From: Anthoceros angustus
Lineage: Eukaryota; Plantae; Anthocerotophyta
NCBI GenBank assembly: GCA_010909165.1
Contig: MU008194.1
Coordinates: forward strand, 186,001 to 250,000
Reading direction: 5' to 3'
DNA length: 64,000 nt
Positions 1-13,284 of the stretch are shown here, one piece after another (within the stretch, counting starts at the first letter, position 1; every line of letters begins with the position of its first letter). Below the pieces are notes generated by a model that was not told the origin of the DNA, searched no databases, and worked only from the letters and a program-made list of their open reading frames with translations. Both the position numbers and the translations under genes were made by a program.

Positions 1-37
1 GGCTAGCAATTGGAGACTTGTAAGCGAGCTCGGTACC

Positions 38-1132
38 ATGGCGGTGCAGCTCGCAGCTGTGATTGTGGCGGTGTTGGCTCTGTCCGTGGCCAGCGATGTG
101 GCAGGTAATTCGAAATTCTGTGAGATGGGTATTGTGAGGCGCAGCAGCAGGAACTCAGGTGTTTACAGCCCGCCCATCATTTGATGAGGCTCTGGAGTGC
201 TGCAATCCGGGGTTGATTCTCATCCCGATTGTATCTGCTTGCAGCCGTAAGGTGGAAGCCGAAGCCGTGCAGCCAGGGCTACTACCGGGCTGCATCAAGG
301 ACGACCCGTGTTCGTGGGCAGCGACGGCAAGCCTTTCTACTTCCACGGCCACAAGGACGCCGACTTCTGCATCGTCTCCGACTCCCACCTGCACGTGAAC
401 GCCCACTTCATCGGCCGCCGGGCGGACCACATGTCGCGCGACTTCACCTGGGTGCAGTCCTCGGAATTCTCTTCGGCGACCACCAGTTGTACATCGGCGC
501 CAGCAAGGTGAGCCCACACAGCTGCAGGACTTCTTCACCCGCATAGTATCCGGATCCGTGAGAAGCAGGAGTGATCGATGCGTGCATCCATCGATGTCGT
601 GGCTGCAGGTGGCCACCTTCGACAACGCCGTGGACTACCTGGAGATGTCCCTGGACGCCTTCCCGATCCTCCTCCCGCAGGTGAAGGACGCCGCCTGGAG
701 CGCGCCCCACGCCGGCCTGACCGTCACCAGGTCCGAGAGCCGCAACGGCGTCGTCATCGAGGTGGACGACCAGTTCTCCTCTCCGTGCTCGTCGTGCCCG
801 TCACCGAAGCCGACAGCAACCGCCACGGCTACGGCATCACCCCGGACAACTGCTTCGCCCACCTGGAGCTCAACTTCCAGTTCAAGGCGCTCACGCCGTC
901 CGTGTCTGGAGTCCTGGGCCAGACCTACGCGCCCGGCTTCCAGCACCAGCAGAAGAAGGCCGGCCAGAGCATGCCCATGCTCACCCAAGAGGCCTCCTTC
1001 CTCTCTTCGGACATCATGTCCGCCGACTGCAAGGTCGCCAATTTCCGAGGACAAATCTCCAGCGAGGTCACTGTGGTCGACTTCCCTCGGACCACATGCT
1101 CCGGCGGCTCTGGCCTCGTCTGCCGTCGCTGA
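38..1132 (+). CDS. Root cap / late-embryogenesis-like secreted protein, copy 1 (spliced; apparent frameshifts, so pseudogene or sequence error)
   Basis: ATG at 38 starts a signal-peptide-like MAVQLAAVIVAVLALSVA. Exons encode DDPxFVGSDGKPFYFHGHKDADFCIVSDSHLHVNAHFIG...RDFTWVQ and NCFAHLELNFQFKALTPSVSGVLGQTY, ending CRR-stop at 1132. These are Root_cap family motifs. Three or so 1-nt indels relative to copy 2. Confidence 0.85.
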
Positions 1133-2216
1133 ATCCAATTCGATTCAATTTTAGAGTAGTTCAATTCAATTCATTGCACTTGACAGTGAACACTGTCATA
1201 GTGTGCACACAGTGGTGAGGCAGCTGGTCCTCCCATCTCTGTTCATAGCATCTCTCCTTTCTTCCATATAATTGCAGGCAAGGAGGGAACATAGACGGAT
1301 TTCGAGATAGCGTGGAGCACAAGAACTTGTTGCCTGGCATACTGCAATGGGCAAATTGTGTACCGTGCTCCATAATAGCAGTGAAAGAGGCTGTCTGATT
1401 TTACAGAAGCAGCAACGTTGCCTCGGTAGCTGGAGATTACGTTGGTGGTGGAGGGGCACTAGCGCGAGGCTTTGCACTTCATGCAGCCTTCGCGAGTTTA
1501 TGCACGCACAGCTTTCGTTAGAATTCCACAACCTCAACAACTACTACAAGACAGGCAAGACTACCAACCAAAATGCTGTGACAGCGCATCGCAAGCTGCT
1601 GGGTCGTGGAATCCACGTCTACCAGAAGGCCCAAGTCCCATCCATTCCAGGTCATTCCTGCAACGTTAACAGCGGGATCTCATCATTTTGAATTTGAACA
1701 CGCATCCCCTCCTTCCAACTTCCAACTTGGCCGTTCCTCCGGGAGCAGCACAACCGTTTAGCCTCATGGCGGTCTGTTAACCCTTACAATCTGGCATATA
1801 TATTAATGCAGTGCTAGTACACAAGTCGAACGATATGCATACATACAGACATGGATGGACTGTCAGGCCAGTTTGTCCTATTCAAACTTCGAACCATGAG
1901 AAGTGAAGGTCAGGCTACTGATCTTTTCTACTTGCTGTGTTCCAAGTCCATCATGTCAAGCTCCCCTTGCAATTGATGGTTGGGCTGTCTGCAGACTCTT
2001 TGGTGTTCAAACTGCGAACCATAAACCATGAGAAGCGAAGTCCAGGCCAGGGATCTCTCCATGGTGCTGTACATGCTCCAAGTCCATGATCTCAAGCTCT
2101 CTCACAGGCTTGTTTTCATTTAGGAAATCGTGTTTACAGACAGTCGCATCTACATAATACATTACTACAGCTTCAGCTGCTCAGCTGGATCGAGAAAGTT
2201 ACCAACAACATACAGC

Positions 2217-2600
2217 ATGCCGAATAAATCAAAGGCTCCCGACGATGAGGCCCACTCAACAAGCTCAGACCCACTTCCGTTGAGAGACCCAGGGCCAGAG
2301 TATATTTATACAGGAAGACTGATGGCGCCACTCACACCTCAGGCACGTTTCCTGCGTAAGTTGAGGCAAGCAAGTGGTGAAAAGATCGAGGAGGTTAAGG
2401 GGAAGCGGCCCCTTCCTGTGCCTGATGCCTCAGAATCCGACGACCTAGAACCCAATTACCCAGATGGCAAGAACCCTCGGCCTGTTCCAGAAGGGTATAA
2501 TTCAGATGGGTCGGTCAACCAGAGGCCCCAAGAGGAGCGCAGGAAGACGCACCAAAGGGAGTCCAAGAAGAGGCACAAAAAAAAGCTATCTAGGTTGTAG
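2217..2600 (+). CDS. Orphan hydrophilic ORF (MPNKSKAPDD...KKRHKKKLSRL), duplicated in inverted orientation near 40.7-41.1 kb
   Basis: Open frame in the ORF track. Peptides SDPLPLRD and EPNYPDGKNP recur on the minus strand at 40732-41117. Confidence 0.4.
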   Translation: MPNKSKAPDDEAHSTSSDPLPLRDPGPEYIYTGRLMAPLTPQARFLRKLRQASGEKIEEVKGKRPLPVPDASESDDLEPNYPDGKNPRPVPEGYNSDGSVNQRPQEERRKTHQRESKKRHKKKLSRL

Positions 2601-2875
2601 ACATATGTATGTGCCAGATGCCCACTGTGTATGAAGACGCTGTAGCAGTGTAGACGCTGTCTACATGAAGACGCTGATAATTACTATTAGAATGCAGATG
2701 CAGTATGTGTGCCAGGTATCTTCCTGCATCGAATGTTTCCAACCGTATCTGTCAAGGCATATCTTGACATGTCTTAGTTAGTCATGGAATTGGAAGAACG
2801 GTAATTCTTGTTTATATTGGAAATTTATATGTACGAAACTTGCCGGACATTGTTTTCCTTCTGTTATCTACACCG

Positions 2876-3445
2876 TCAAGTCAGCGTGGAAGTCTTGAAA
2901 ACCAGTAGACTACCCGAAGTGACTCCGTTGCTGCAGCAGCAGGATCGAATGACAATGCGAAAATTGTTCACCTGGGCTTCAGTTGTTTCTTTCGATGCGC
3001 TTCCAACACGGACGCTTAAGCTGCAGACGAACTGAGAAAAAACGTCTCTCCCTGTTTGCACGCACTTGCCATGAGGGTATTGCATTCGGCTGTTTGGCAA
3101 GCTCGGTGGGTGGTTTCCATTGGGATGTCTTCATCTTGGCATTGCCGATTTTGCTACAGTGGTTTTACTGCAATGAGGTTTTAAGTCCACAGAGTTGAGT
3201 GGTTTGCAGGTGGAGTGGGAGTGGAAGAGGTTTGCCTAAGGAGCTCCAGGTAGTTGCTTGCAAACTTCCACAGGCATTCAAGATACTCGATGAATGTGAC
3301 ATTATGCGGTACCAACATCTTCGAATTCTTCTGCAGCATAGTTTCATAGAGGAGGAAGGCGTTTTGAGCACGCCCTTGAGCAACATGGCGTAAGAATTCT
3401 GCGACAGCCCAACCATGCCGGGCCCGCACCTGGCATACCATACCA
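2876..3445 (-). pseudogene. Degenerate PPR (PLS-type) gene fragment
   Basis: AQGRAQNAFLLYETMLQ...VPHNVTFIEYL resembles the PPR consensus (AQNG..EAL.LY..M....PN.VTF..VL). An HGKC...RDVF remnant lies downstream. Frames are broken. Confidence 0.55.
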
Positions 3446-3457
3446 GCGTGATGGCCG

Positions 3458-3521
3458 TTTAGGGTTTAGGGTTTACTAAAGCAAGAGGTAAACAGGGTTT
3501 GGGTTCGGGTTTGGGTTTAGG
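3458..3521 (+). repeat. Interstitial telomere-like repeats (TTTAGGG x2 plus degenerate TTTGGG/TTCGGG units)
   Basis: TTTAGGGTTTAGGGTTT at 3458-3474 and AGGGTTTGGGTTCGGGTTTGGGTTTAGG at about 3494-3521. Confidence 0.7.
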
Positions 3522-4876
3522 CTGATATCTGATTATTCTCTTTATTAAATTAAGTTAAATATTAATGTTAGATTTCATGAAAAACTAAAATATTTATTGA
3601 ATTTATGATTTATAAAGTTCAATAGATTCCTTAATATCACCATATGCAGAATACGTTCATAACAAAAATTATTTTCCAAAGCGGGAAGGGATCTCTACAA
3701 GGTTTACATTCGTGCATGTTGATTTTGGTGAAGAAAAGTTGAGAGGAGTATCTTCAAAGGTTGGATCCTTATAGGGCAATGCAATTGGTGAAATTCAAGG
3801 GCCAAGATGGAATCAGGGGCACTGAGAACTCAACTTCAAAACTAAGTTATATGTGCAAAATTCTAAAATGGCCTACCGCCTTGGACTATAGTGCAATCAC
3901 CATAGGCATGTTCAACCTTTGCCTCAACTCCATGAGCTCAGTGCGACTCGGTGCTCGTCTAAACTATAGTGGTTGGAGTCAAATTGGGCGGCACCTTGTA
4001 GAATCTCATCCTTCATAGCCATCTCGAGATGGTTATGGTTGTCGATCTCCTTAACAAAACGTACATTGTCATGCACCCCATACAGGCGCAATTCCCTCAC
4101 TTGATGGTAGGCCAAAAAATCACACCAGAAAATGTAAGTGTAGTAGTGTGTGCTGAATGACTCGCTTTGAGTGGGTTGAGCACTCACGATAATAGTTAGA
4201 GTAGAGACTTGTGAGGTGGTGGGTTGTATAACTTTTTTTTCATATGTTTGGATCATTTTAAAATAATTTATTAAAAAATAAAATTTGATGCAATAAAATC
4301 TTTTCTTAGTACTGAACACGAGTAAGCGACCAACACCCCTTCAAATTTCTTTGTGGGTGCAAGGTTGGGGTGAGCTTTTGGAAAAGGAAGAATGGGAGAT
4401 GAGCAAGCTAGGCAGCCCAGCTAGCTAGCTTCGCAAAAGTTTGCGGCTCGTCAGCAGACACGGGTTTTTTCACTCTCTTGCTATCCGTTTTGCTTGGCAG
4501 GCAGCAAGATCCAAGGGCTGTGGAGTTGGTATGGCATGGGCAATGAAACTGCCCCAAGGGCCGTCTGGCCCAAAATTAAACAAGGGCTTCCTAGCCCAAA
4601 ATTAAACAAGGGCTTCCTAGCCCAAAATTAAACCAAAGCTTCCTAGCTAGCCCGTACCACGAACCGCCATCAATATGTAGCTAGGCTATGAGTTTTGCCT
4701 ACTGCATTGCCTAGCTTGGTCTTCATTTGCGGAAGAATTGCGACCGAGGATGATCAATAACCATACAAATGTGTGCTCAAAACTGGTCCGAGCTATGCCG
4801 GCCCAAGCAGTTGGTGACACGCGAAACCCCACCAACCATGATGTCTGGCTTTGTGTGTATGTGTGTGTGCGTGTTG

Positions 4877-7800
4877 TGTAAGGGTATTAAAGCCCAATGT
4901 ACTTAGACTAATACACTTAGTCTAAGTTAGGTGTCAGTTAAGTATCATTAGTTTAGCTGAAGCTAATCACTAGGAAGCTTCTTGTGCTCCTTCCTAGGGG
5001 CTTCTTGTGGAGCTTCCTAGGAGCCCTATTGGAGGTATAAATACCCTCCAAGCCTCATCTCAATGTGAGAGAGTTACACTTGCCTCCTCCTCTCCTCTCC
5101 TCTTTCCACCATAATGTGCTGCCACACGATCCTTCAACTGGTATTAGAGCATCTGCAGCATCCTACAAGCATCTGCGAGTGTTTGGCTGTGAGGCATACT
5201 GCCATGTTCCAAAAGAGTTTCGGGACAAGTTGGCACCTAAGTCCAAGAAATGTATTTTTCTTGGCTATGGTGATTCCGTGAGATGGGATACCGCTTGTGG
5301 GATCCAGAGGCTAGAAAGGTTGTTCGTACTAACGACGTGTTCTTCAATGAGAACAAGATGCACAGGAAGCCTACTCCAACCGTGGAGGTGCGAAGGGTGA
5401 TCTTCCAAGAAGATGGACATGATCATCATGTTGATAACGTGGTAATGTGCGTGAGCACATTCCTCCACCGGTAGATAAACCAAGAGTCGAACAAGCACCT
5501 ATAGAGGTGCTCGGTCAGAGGTCGTGCAGATTACACGACCTCGGCGGTATGATCCATCTCGGATTATGTCATGCCGACAGATTGTGGGGAACCCTCTTCT
5601 TACAAAGAGGCCATGTCAATGAGTAACAAAGAGAAGTGGGAGAAGGCCATGCGATCGAAATGAATTACCGCATAAGAACCAAACTTGGGAGTTGGTTCGT
5701 TGCCTAGGATAAGAAGGCACTACTGCAAATGGGTGTACAAGATGAAGGTCATACCTTGATGGCAAACCAAAGTACAAGGCACGATTGGTTGCTAAGGGTT
5801 TCAAGCAACAACCAGGCATTGACTTTGATGAGATTTTCTCACCAAGAGTCAAAATGACAACTTTGCGATGTGTTCTTGCTTTGCCGTGAATGATATGGAA
5901 CTTGCGGATGGATGTCAAGACGGCATTCTTGCATGGTGACCTTCAAGAGGGCGTCTACATGCGACAACGAAGGTTTTGTTGAGAAGGGCAAAGAGAATCG
6001 GTGTGCGAGGAAGAGCCTTTATGGTTTGAAACAGGCACCAGTGGTATCACAAGTTCCACTCATTTATGCTTTCTCAAGGCTACAAACGAAGCGATGAGGA
6101 TCATTGCCTCTATCTGAAACAAGCTAAGGATCAAAGCTTGCTCATTTTGATCCTCTATGTGGATGATATGCTAATTGTCGAACAAGATGCACAGGAAGCC
6201 TACTCCAAGCGTGGAGGTGCGAAGGGTGATCTTCAAGAAGATGGACATGATCATCATGCGGGTTGATAAGTGGTAATGTCGAGCACATTCCTCCACCGAT
6301 AGATGAACCAAGAGTCGAACAAGCACCTATAGAGGTGCACTGGCCGTGGGTCGAGGCGGGATTACACGACCTCGGCGGTATGATCCATCTGGATTATGTC
6401 ATCTTGTGATTGTGGGGAACCCTCTTCTTACAAAGAGGCCATGTCAATGAGTAACAAAGACAAGTGGGAGAAGGCCATGCGATCGAAATGAATTGCATAA
6501 GAACCAAACTTGGGAGTTGGTTGGTTGCCTAGGATAAGAAGGCACTCTGCAAATGGGTGTACAAGATGAAGGTCATACCTTGATGGCAAACCAAGGCACG
6601 ATTGGTTGCTAAGGGTTTCAAGCAACAACCAGGCATTGACTTTGATGAGATTTTCTCACCGAGTCAAAATGACAACTTTGCGATGTGTTCTTGCTTTGGT
6701 TGCGGGAATGATATGGAACTTGCGGATGGATGTCAAGGCGGCATTCTTGCATGGTGACCTTCAAGAGGCGTCTACATGCGACAACGAAGGTTTTGTTGAG
6801 AAGGGCAAAGAGCATCGGTGTGCGAGGTTGAGGAAGAGCCTTTATGGTTTGAAACAGGCACCAGTGGTATCACAAGTTCCACTCATTTATGCTTTCTCAA
6901 GGCTACAAGCGTGGCGATGAGGATCATTGCCTCTATCTGAAACAAGCTAAGGATCAAAGCTTGCTCATTTTGATCCTCTATGTGGATGATATGCTAATTC
7001 TTTGGAGCGATCTTGATGAGATTTCGTTGAAGTCAAAGTTGAATGCTCACTTTGAAATGACAGACTTGGGAGAGGCGAGCCATATACTTGGCATGCGTAT
7101 TCGTCGGAGCAGACATAAGCGTCGCTTTATTTGTCTCGCATTTTAATACATTATGTGGTGCTTCAACGCTTCAACATGGAGAAGGGAAGCCATTGGGTAC
7201 CCATTGCCTCCATATGTGAAACTTTCAAGCGCGGATTGCCCAAGCTCGAGGAGGACAAAGCTGAAATGGAGAAGGTCCCATACTCATCACCGTAGGGAGT
7301 TTGATGTATGCAATGATTGCTACACGTCGACATTGCCTTTGCGGTGGGAGTGGTTAGTAGGTTTATGTCAAACCTTGGCAAGAAGCATTGGGAGGCGATA
7401 AAAGGAGTTATGAGGTATCCGAATGGTACAAAAGCTTTGTGCATATGTTTTGGTAGTGAAGATGCATGTGTGGTTGGGTACATGATGCCGATTATGCAGG
7501 ATATGGACAAAAGGAGGTCCACATCGTTATGTCTTCATGTACCTTTGGAGGGGCGCCTCATGGCGATCTCGCTTGCGTGCATTACGCTATCTACCACAGG
7601 CCGAGTATGTTGCAAAGAATCGAGGCTTGCAAGGAAGCCATATGGCTTGCCTGCTTAGTGGGAGACTTGGGGATCAAGGTTGAGTGCCGGTGTTGCATTG
7701 TGATAGCAGTGCTATCCAATTGGCAAAGAATCCAGTGTTTCATGCGAAGACTAAACATGTGGATGTGAAGTATCACTTCATTCGAGAGGTGTTGGATGAC

Positions 7801-8207
7801 AAGAGGGTACAACTTGTCAAGGTTCACACCACCAACCCCGCAGATATTCTTACCAAGGGACTCTACGAGCAATTTGCACAAGCTCGGACACTGATGGGCA
7901 TGAGATAGTTCATTCTCCTACGAAGGTATATTAGCCTTTAAGTGAGAGGTTGTAAGGGTATTAAAGCCCAATGTACTTAGACTAATACACTTAGTCTAAG
8001 TTAGGTGTCGATTAAGTATCATTAGTTTAGAAGCTAATCACTAGGAAGCTTCTTGTGCTCCTTCCTAGGGGCTTCTTGTGGAGCTTCCTAGGGAGCCTAT
8101 TGGAGGTATAAATACCCTCCAAGCCTCATCTCAATGTGAGAGAGTTACACTTGCCTCCTCCTCTCCTCTCCTCTTTCCACCATAATGTGCTGCCACACGA
8201 TCCTTCA
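4877..8207 (+). mobile_element. Non-autonomous Ty1/Copia LTR retrotransposon (gag/PR/most of IN deleted; RT start duplicated)
   Basis: Near-identical LTRs 4877-5136 and 7951-8207 with TG...CA ends. 5-bp TSD TGTTG (4872-4876 and 8208-8212). PBS TGGTATTAGAGC at 5139, purine tract before 7951. Remnants of IN C-terminus (HLRVFGCEAYCHVPK), RT (MDVKAAFLHGDL, LILYVDDML) and RNase H (KTKHVDVKYHFIRE). Confidence 0.95.
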
Positions 8208-8577
8208 TGTTGTGGCCGTCATGCCTTCCTAAAAGACTTGCCGCATCACCAAGATGCTGATACTAGCCCGGGCCCTGGCTTAGAAAGAGAAGCAGAACAT
8301 GCCTTTACCTCACTGGATCCGCATTGTGAGAATGGACAACACGACTAGGTACATGCACATTTTCAAGTGGAGACACTTGAGGAGGACCAAGCTTGGTGTG
8401 GAGGCCAAGCGCCATGTAATAGAACTAGCAACATGGCATGAGAGGAGAGTCATATTCCATCACTAATATCCTTTCAAAGTTGAACTAGTTTTGTTCATTG
8501 TCATACGGTGCAATTCAATAAGTCATTCCGTCTAAGTGGACTGTAATAGAATTCTTCTTCTATTGCATACACTGGTG

Positions 8578-9165
8578 AACCGCTTATCATCCGTAAGCAT
8601 ACTTCTATGAACAAATCCAATAATGATCCTTACTTGTCGAAGGAAAAATACATTGATGAACCTCTTATCATTTGTAAGCATACTTTTCTGAACAAATCGA
8701 ATTATGATCCTTACTTATTAAAGGGAAAAAAAACTATCGCAAAAATTCCTATGACAGATTTCCGTTCCTCGAGACCCCATTAGATTACTAATTGCCAATG
8801 TTTTCTTATTAAGCCATTGCGGTGACTTGCTAACCTTTTGCCATTTTCTTAAAGTGTACATAGAAAAACCCCACACAAGGGTTTGACTCAGAAGTAGCCT
8901 CTTGCTATTGATGAACCGCGTATCATCTGTAAGCATACTTTTATGAACAAATCGAATTATGATCCTTACTTATTAAAGGGAAAAAAAACTATCGTAAAAA
9001 TTCCTATAACAGGTTCCATTCCTGGAGACCCCGTTAGATTACTAATTGCCGAGTTTTCTTATTGAACCATTGCGGTGACTTGCTAGCCTCTTGTCACTTT
9101 CTTAAAGTGTACGTACATAGAAAGCCCTACACAAGGGTTCGACTTAGAAGTAGCCTCTTGGCTAC
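8578..9165. repeat. Nested tandem duplication (about 80-bp motif x3; about 250-bp block x2)
   Basis: TATCAT..GTAAGCATACTT...GAACAAATC.AAT.ATGATCCTTACTT recurs at about 8585, 8665 and 8922. Block 8660-8910 is repeated at about 8915-9165. Confidence 0.8.
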
Positions 9166-9214
9166 TTCTGAGGCTACGTCACTTGGCTCGACAATGTGGG
9201 AGCGGTAGATAGCT

Positions 9215-9625
9215 TCAAGGTAGACATTTGGGGGCTAGTCCTTGCAATTGGCTTGGGTTCTCTTTAGGGTTGACATTTAGGCTAGTCCTTGGCTTGGGTA
9301 TCTAGATAGGTTCAAGGTTGACATTTGGGGGCTAGTCCTTGGCTTAGGTTCTCTTCAGGGCAGATATTTGGGGGCTAGTCCTTGGCTTAGGTTCTCTTCA
9401 GGGTAGATATTTGGGGGCTAGTCCTTAGCTTGGGTAGATAACTTCATGGTAGACATTTGGGGGCTACCCCTTGGCTTAGGTTCTCTTCAGGGTAGATATT
9501 TGGGGGCTAGTCCTTATCTTGGGTAGATAACTTCATAGTAGACATTTAGGGGCTAGTCTTTGGCTTGGGTTCTCTTCAGGGTAGACATTTGGGGGATAGT
9601 CCTTGGCTTGGGTTCTCTAGAGGGT
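9215..9625. repeat. Minisatellite of about 38-40-bp units (AGACATTTGGGGGCTAGTCCTTGGCTTGGGTTCTCTTCAGGGT and variants)
   Basis: About ten recurrences of TTTGGGGGCTAGTCCTT with alternating unit variants. Confidence 0.85.
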
Positions 9626-10079
9626 TGTTCCTTATCACCCGAGTGTAGATAGGACTTTCCATCTCGGCATACTTATAAAGTCTCCACGTTCTCACAAATC
9701 CACATCTCATAATGTGTTTTTATTATAGGCTCACATCTTTCATTTAAGTTTTTACTTTCTTAATCATCACATTGAAAGTCACTGTCAACATCCTTTATTA
9801 TTAGTGCACATGTTTTCCACTCATTTTTTTTACCGACTCAATCGTGAAATTGGTAGTCCTTGTAAGTGTCTTTATTGCGAGTGCTCACATGTTCGCTTAC
9901 ATGATTTCTTAGATCACATTAGAGGGTCATGACCAACTAGAATTTTCACCTTCTCAATAGCATTGAAAGTGATTCTAAGTATCTAAATTTGATTTATGTT
10001 GTGATAATGAGCGTGCATTTATTTATTATTAGCAAAGCAAGACTTGAGAAGTATAATTATTATTCATTGGAGAAGTCTT

Positions 10080-11690
10080 TAGCAACGCCATATAATTTTG
10101 TTCATGGTATTGGAGATGTGCCTCTCATGCTGACAAAGGGTGCATGCCCGTCTCACTGTGGTTCTCTATGTGTTTGGTCTTACCAAAAACTTTTTGTCAG
10201 TTAGCAAGTTGGCCGTTCATGGGCACCAAATCATCTTTGACTCTACTACCTGCTCTATCATGAATTTGAAATTTCAAAATATTATTGCTAGGGTTGCTTG
10301 GTCAAGTTATATTGTCTTATCACTAATAAGAGTTCTGCCAATTACGTTGCTGACTTTGCTAAATAGCAATTACAGCTTTGGCATGGGTCATGTTCAAGTT
10401 CTCACCATTAGAGCTACGAAAAAATTGTTGGAGTATACGTGAGATGCCTGTCGCTGACTTGTTTTGTGAGAATTGCGTATTTACCAAGCATCTTAGGACT
10501 CCATTCCGTACAAGGTCTATCTTTAAAGCTCAAGAGGTCTTGGCTCTTGTGCATACTAATGACTATGGGCCCATGCGGATATCATCCATCCATGGTTTTT
10601 TTTTAATTTTTTGTTACTTTTATTAATATTGATGATTTCTTGAGAGAAACTTTTTGATACAGAGCGCAGACCCATGGCCATCTCGCGCTCTCTAGTGTCT
10701 GAGCATTCTTAGCGGATCGGTGAGCAGGCGGGGAACCAAGTAGCAGGTACCTCTTTCGTGAATAGGAAAATTAAGTAGTTATAGCTATATTCTTAGAGAA
10801 AATAGACTATATGCTCAGTAAATAGATTATTTATAGATAAATTAAATATTATTCTTAATAAATATGATAAATACAGTAAAATAAGATAAGTCTATAGAAA
10901 TGAACGGGTAACACCCAACCAACCTACCCACCAAAATTCAACGGCCAAACGCCTAACCAACCCAAATACCTAACCAACCCAAACACCAGACAAGAAACAA
11001 ACACATGTATGCGGCCTTCTTGGCTTGGACCAAGAGACTGCATATGTACCAAGGATAGAGAAGTAAACGAGGTCCAATTCCTATGCTACAAATCCTGAAA
11101 CGCGCCGTAGCACTTTTGTATATTTTCTACAGTGCAAGTCTCAGGTTTTAGATAAATTCAAATGTTTCAAAGCTTTGGTTGAGAACTTGACTGACTATAC
11201 TTCTACTATGTTTGTTAACTTTTGTACAGAACATGGCATTGCTCGACAATTCTCTCTTCCGTATTCACTACAACAGAATGGTCTTGCTGAGCGACTAAAA
11301 CAATCGCTTACTTCCACTGCAAAATGCATGCTCCTTCATAGCAAGCTTTTGGAGAGGATTTAGGTGGAGGTTGTAGATACTGCAACATATGTCTTGAATC
11401 ATGTGCAGGCCCATGCACTAGACGGAAAATGCCCGAAAGAGCTATGGAACGGGCAAGTGTCGTTGTATTCATATTTCAGAGTTTTTGGTTGTGTTGCTTT
11501 TGTTCAGATTCCGCAACACCTTTGGTCCAAGTTTAACCCAAAGAGCATTAAAGGCATCTTTTGTTGGCTACTATAACGAGTCCAAGGGTTATAGGATATT
11601 TGATCCTACTTCCAGTAAGGTCTATCGAAGTCAGGATATGGTTTTCAGCAAACATGAGGTGTGGAGTTTCTGCGACAGCTATACATAGTG
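10080..11690 (+). mobile_element. Degenerate Copia pol fragment (PR end, GAG-pre-integrase, integrase)
   Basis: LTKNFLSVSKLAVHG, LALVHTNDYGPM, QQNGLAERL and YFRVFGCVAFV motifs in broken frames. Interrupted by a solo LTR. Confidence 0.85.
10655..11112. mobile_element. Solo LTR (458 bp) inserted in the Copia integrase
   Basis: Starts TGATAC and ends GTAGCA. Flanked by 5-bp direct repeat CTTTT (10650-10654 and 11113-11117). Removing it rejoins DDF.RETF/VYFL of the integrase. Confidence 0.8.
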
Positions 11691-13284
11691 AGAAACTGAC
11701 GATTGAATAAGGATAAATATTGCAGAGTTTTATTCATTGTTCATTTATACGATTTGTTCACTGTAAGTTATAGTCATTCTCAAATTTGGAATGTGACTTT
11801 GCATTTTACACCTACACAAAAGGCACTAGAAACAATAAAGTGACCTAAAATTTTATATTATATGGATAAGACACTAGTGAAAACAGTGGTGACTTGACAA
11901 ATGACTGACCGATAACAATACTACTGGGCAGCACAAATTTGAAACCCATAGTTGCATTAGACGAACCAAGAAGTCGCTCAAATGAAAAGTGGTGCTTGAC
12001 AAGATTTCATTGACACGGATACAAAATGAAGGATAAGATCATGACTGAACATTGAAACATAGAGCAAATATTCTTGTATATGTTGAGAAGTCCACGTCTC
12101 CATTAACCTTAACTAGTACTCCTATCTTGGACATGAGAAGTTTTTAAAGACTATATACTCTACATCTCCATCAATACCTATATCTTTGTAACATTAAAAC
12201 TCTCTATCTTAGACATGAGAAGACTAAATATAACATACTAACTTTCAAATGGAAAACATCAATAATTATGATGATAATTACTACAATCTAGAATTTGGCT
12301 TCATAAAGTCTTCCGGAAAAACACAAAAATATTCCACTTCAATCTTTTGTTAAATTTGCTTAGTACATTGACACTTAATAATGCTGAAAAGTTCTTATAA
12401 GCTTTATAGTTGGTCTTTTCTTTCTAGTATAGATGTTAGGTTATTCCGCTTCAATTTGAGCGACCCGGACTCAAATGACCAAGATCCGAGTCCCGCAGCA
12501 ATTGGAGCATAATGGATGCCTTTATTCTAGTGGTTGATAAAATTTTAATTCTTTGAGCCAACATTCTATATCTCCACCTGTATTGTTGTGAGGCTAAAAC
12601 TCTCCACCTTGACATGAGGAGACTACCTCGCTGTAGCATATGCAAGTGAAAAATATAAATAATGATGATGATGATTGTAATGATTTAAAAGCTGATTTCA
12701 TAAAGGTTTCCTAAAACTCACTGTCTAAGACATTAGGAGAATAGGTGCAACATACTAACCTGCAACTGCAAACCATGAGTAAGGAGAATGATAATTACTA
12801 TCATTGTTCTTCATATTGCTTTTTCTAACCCATCATGATATTCAACCAATCCATTCAATGAGAAATGAGAGCATCATCTTTACTTATCATGAAATATCTT
12901 TTTGGTCCTGAAAATCTTTATTCTGGAGCAACAACAGAGCTAAGTGACAACAATTTTGAAACTAAGGAGCTAAGAGACAACATTCCCCTCATAAAGTCTT
13001 TTGAATCACATAGTGAACTCCAATGGGTTGCTGCTGCTTTGGTTTCGAACAGCGAATTGGCATCCAGAGATGCCGGAAACGAGGAAACAGGAGACCAAAC
13101 CTTTTTGTCCCTGGCTGTGCGGGCGAAACAATCGTGAATCCGATTGGTCGTGTAGCATAGTACAATAGAGTACCTAGGGTGCTCTGTGGTGTGAGTTAGA
13201 GATTCGCCATTTCGCCGTCCCTCTAACCAAGGACCGAGGAGAAAGCCGAGCCATGAGCCATCCGGAAAGTGGCTGGCCGGGATG

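Noticed and set aside
26-42. GAGCTCGGTACCATGG looks like a SacI-KpnI-NcoI polylinker (vector contamination)
   Set aside because: The paralogue upstream of 36191 has the homologous native sequence (TTGGAGGCTTGCAGGCGAGGTCGAC...TACCATGG), so the match is coincidental.
3900-4110. VKEIDNHNHL resembling a FAR1/MULE zinc-finger end
   Set aside because: Only one short motif, with no transposase core or TIRs identifiable.
9215-9625. About 38-bp repeats as a CRISPR array
   Set aside because: The intervening segments are variants of one another, not unique spacers; this is a minisatellite.
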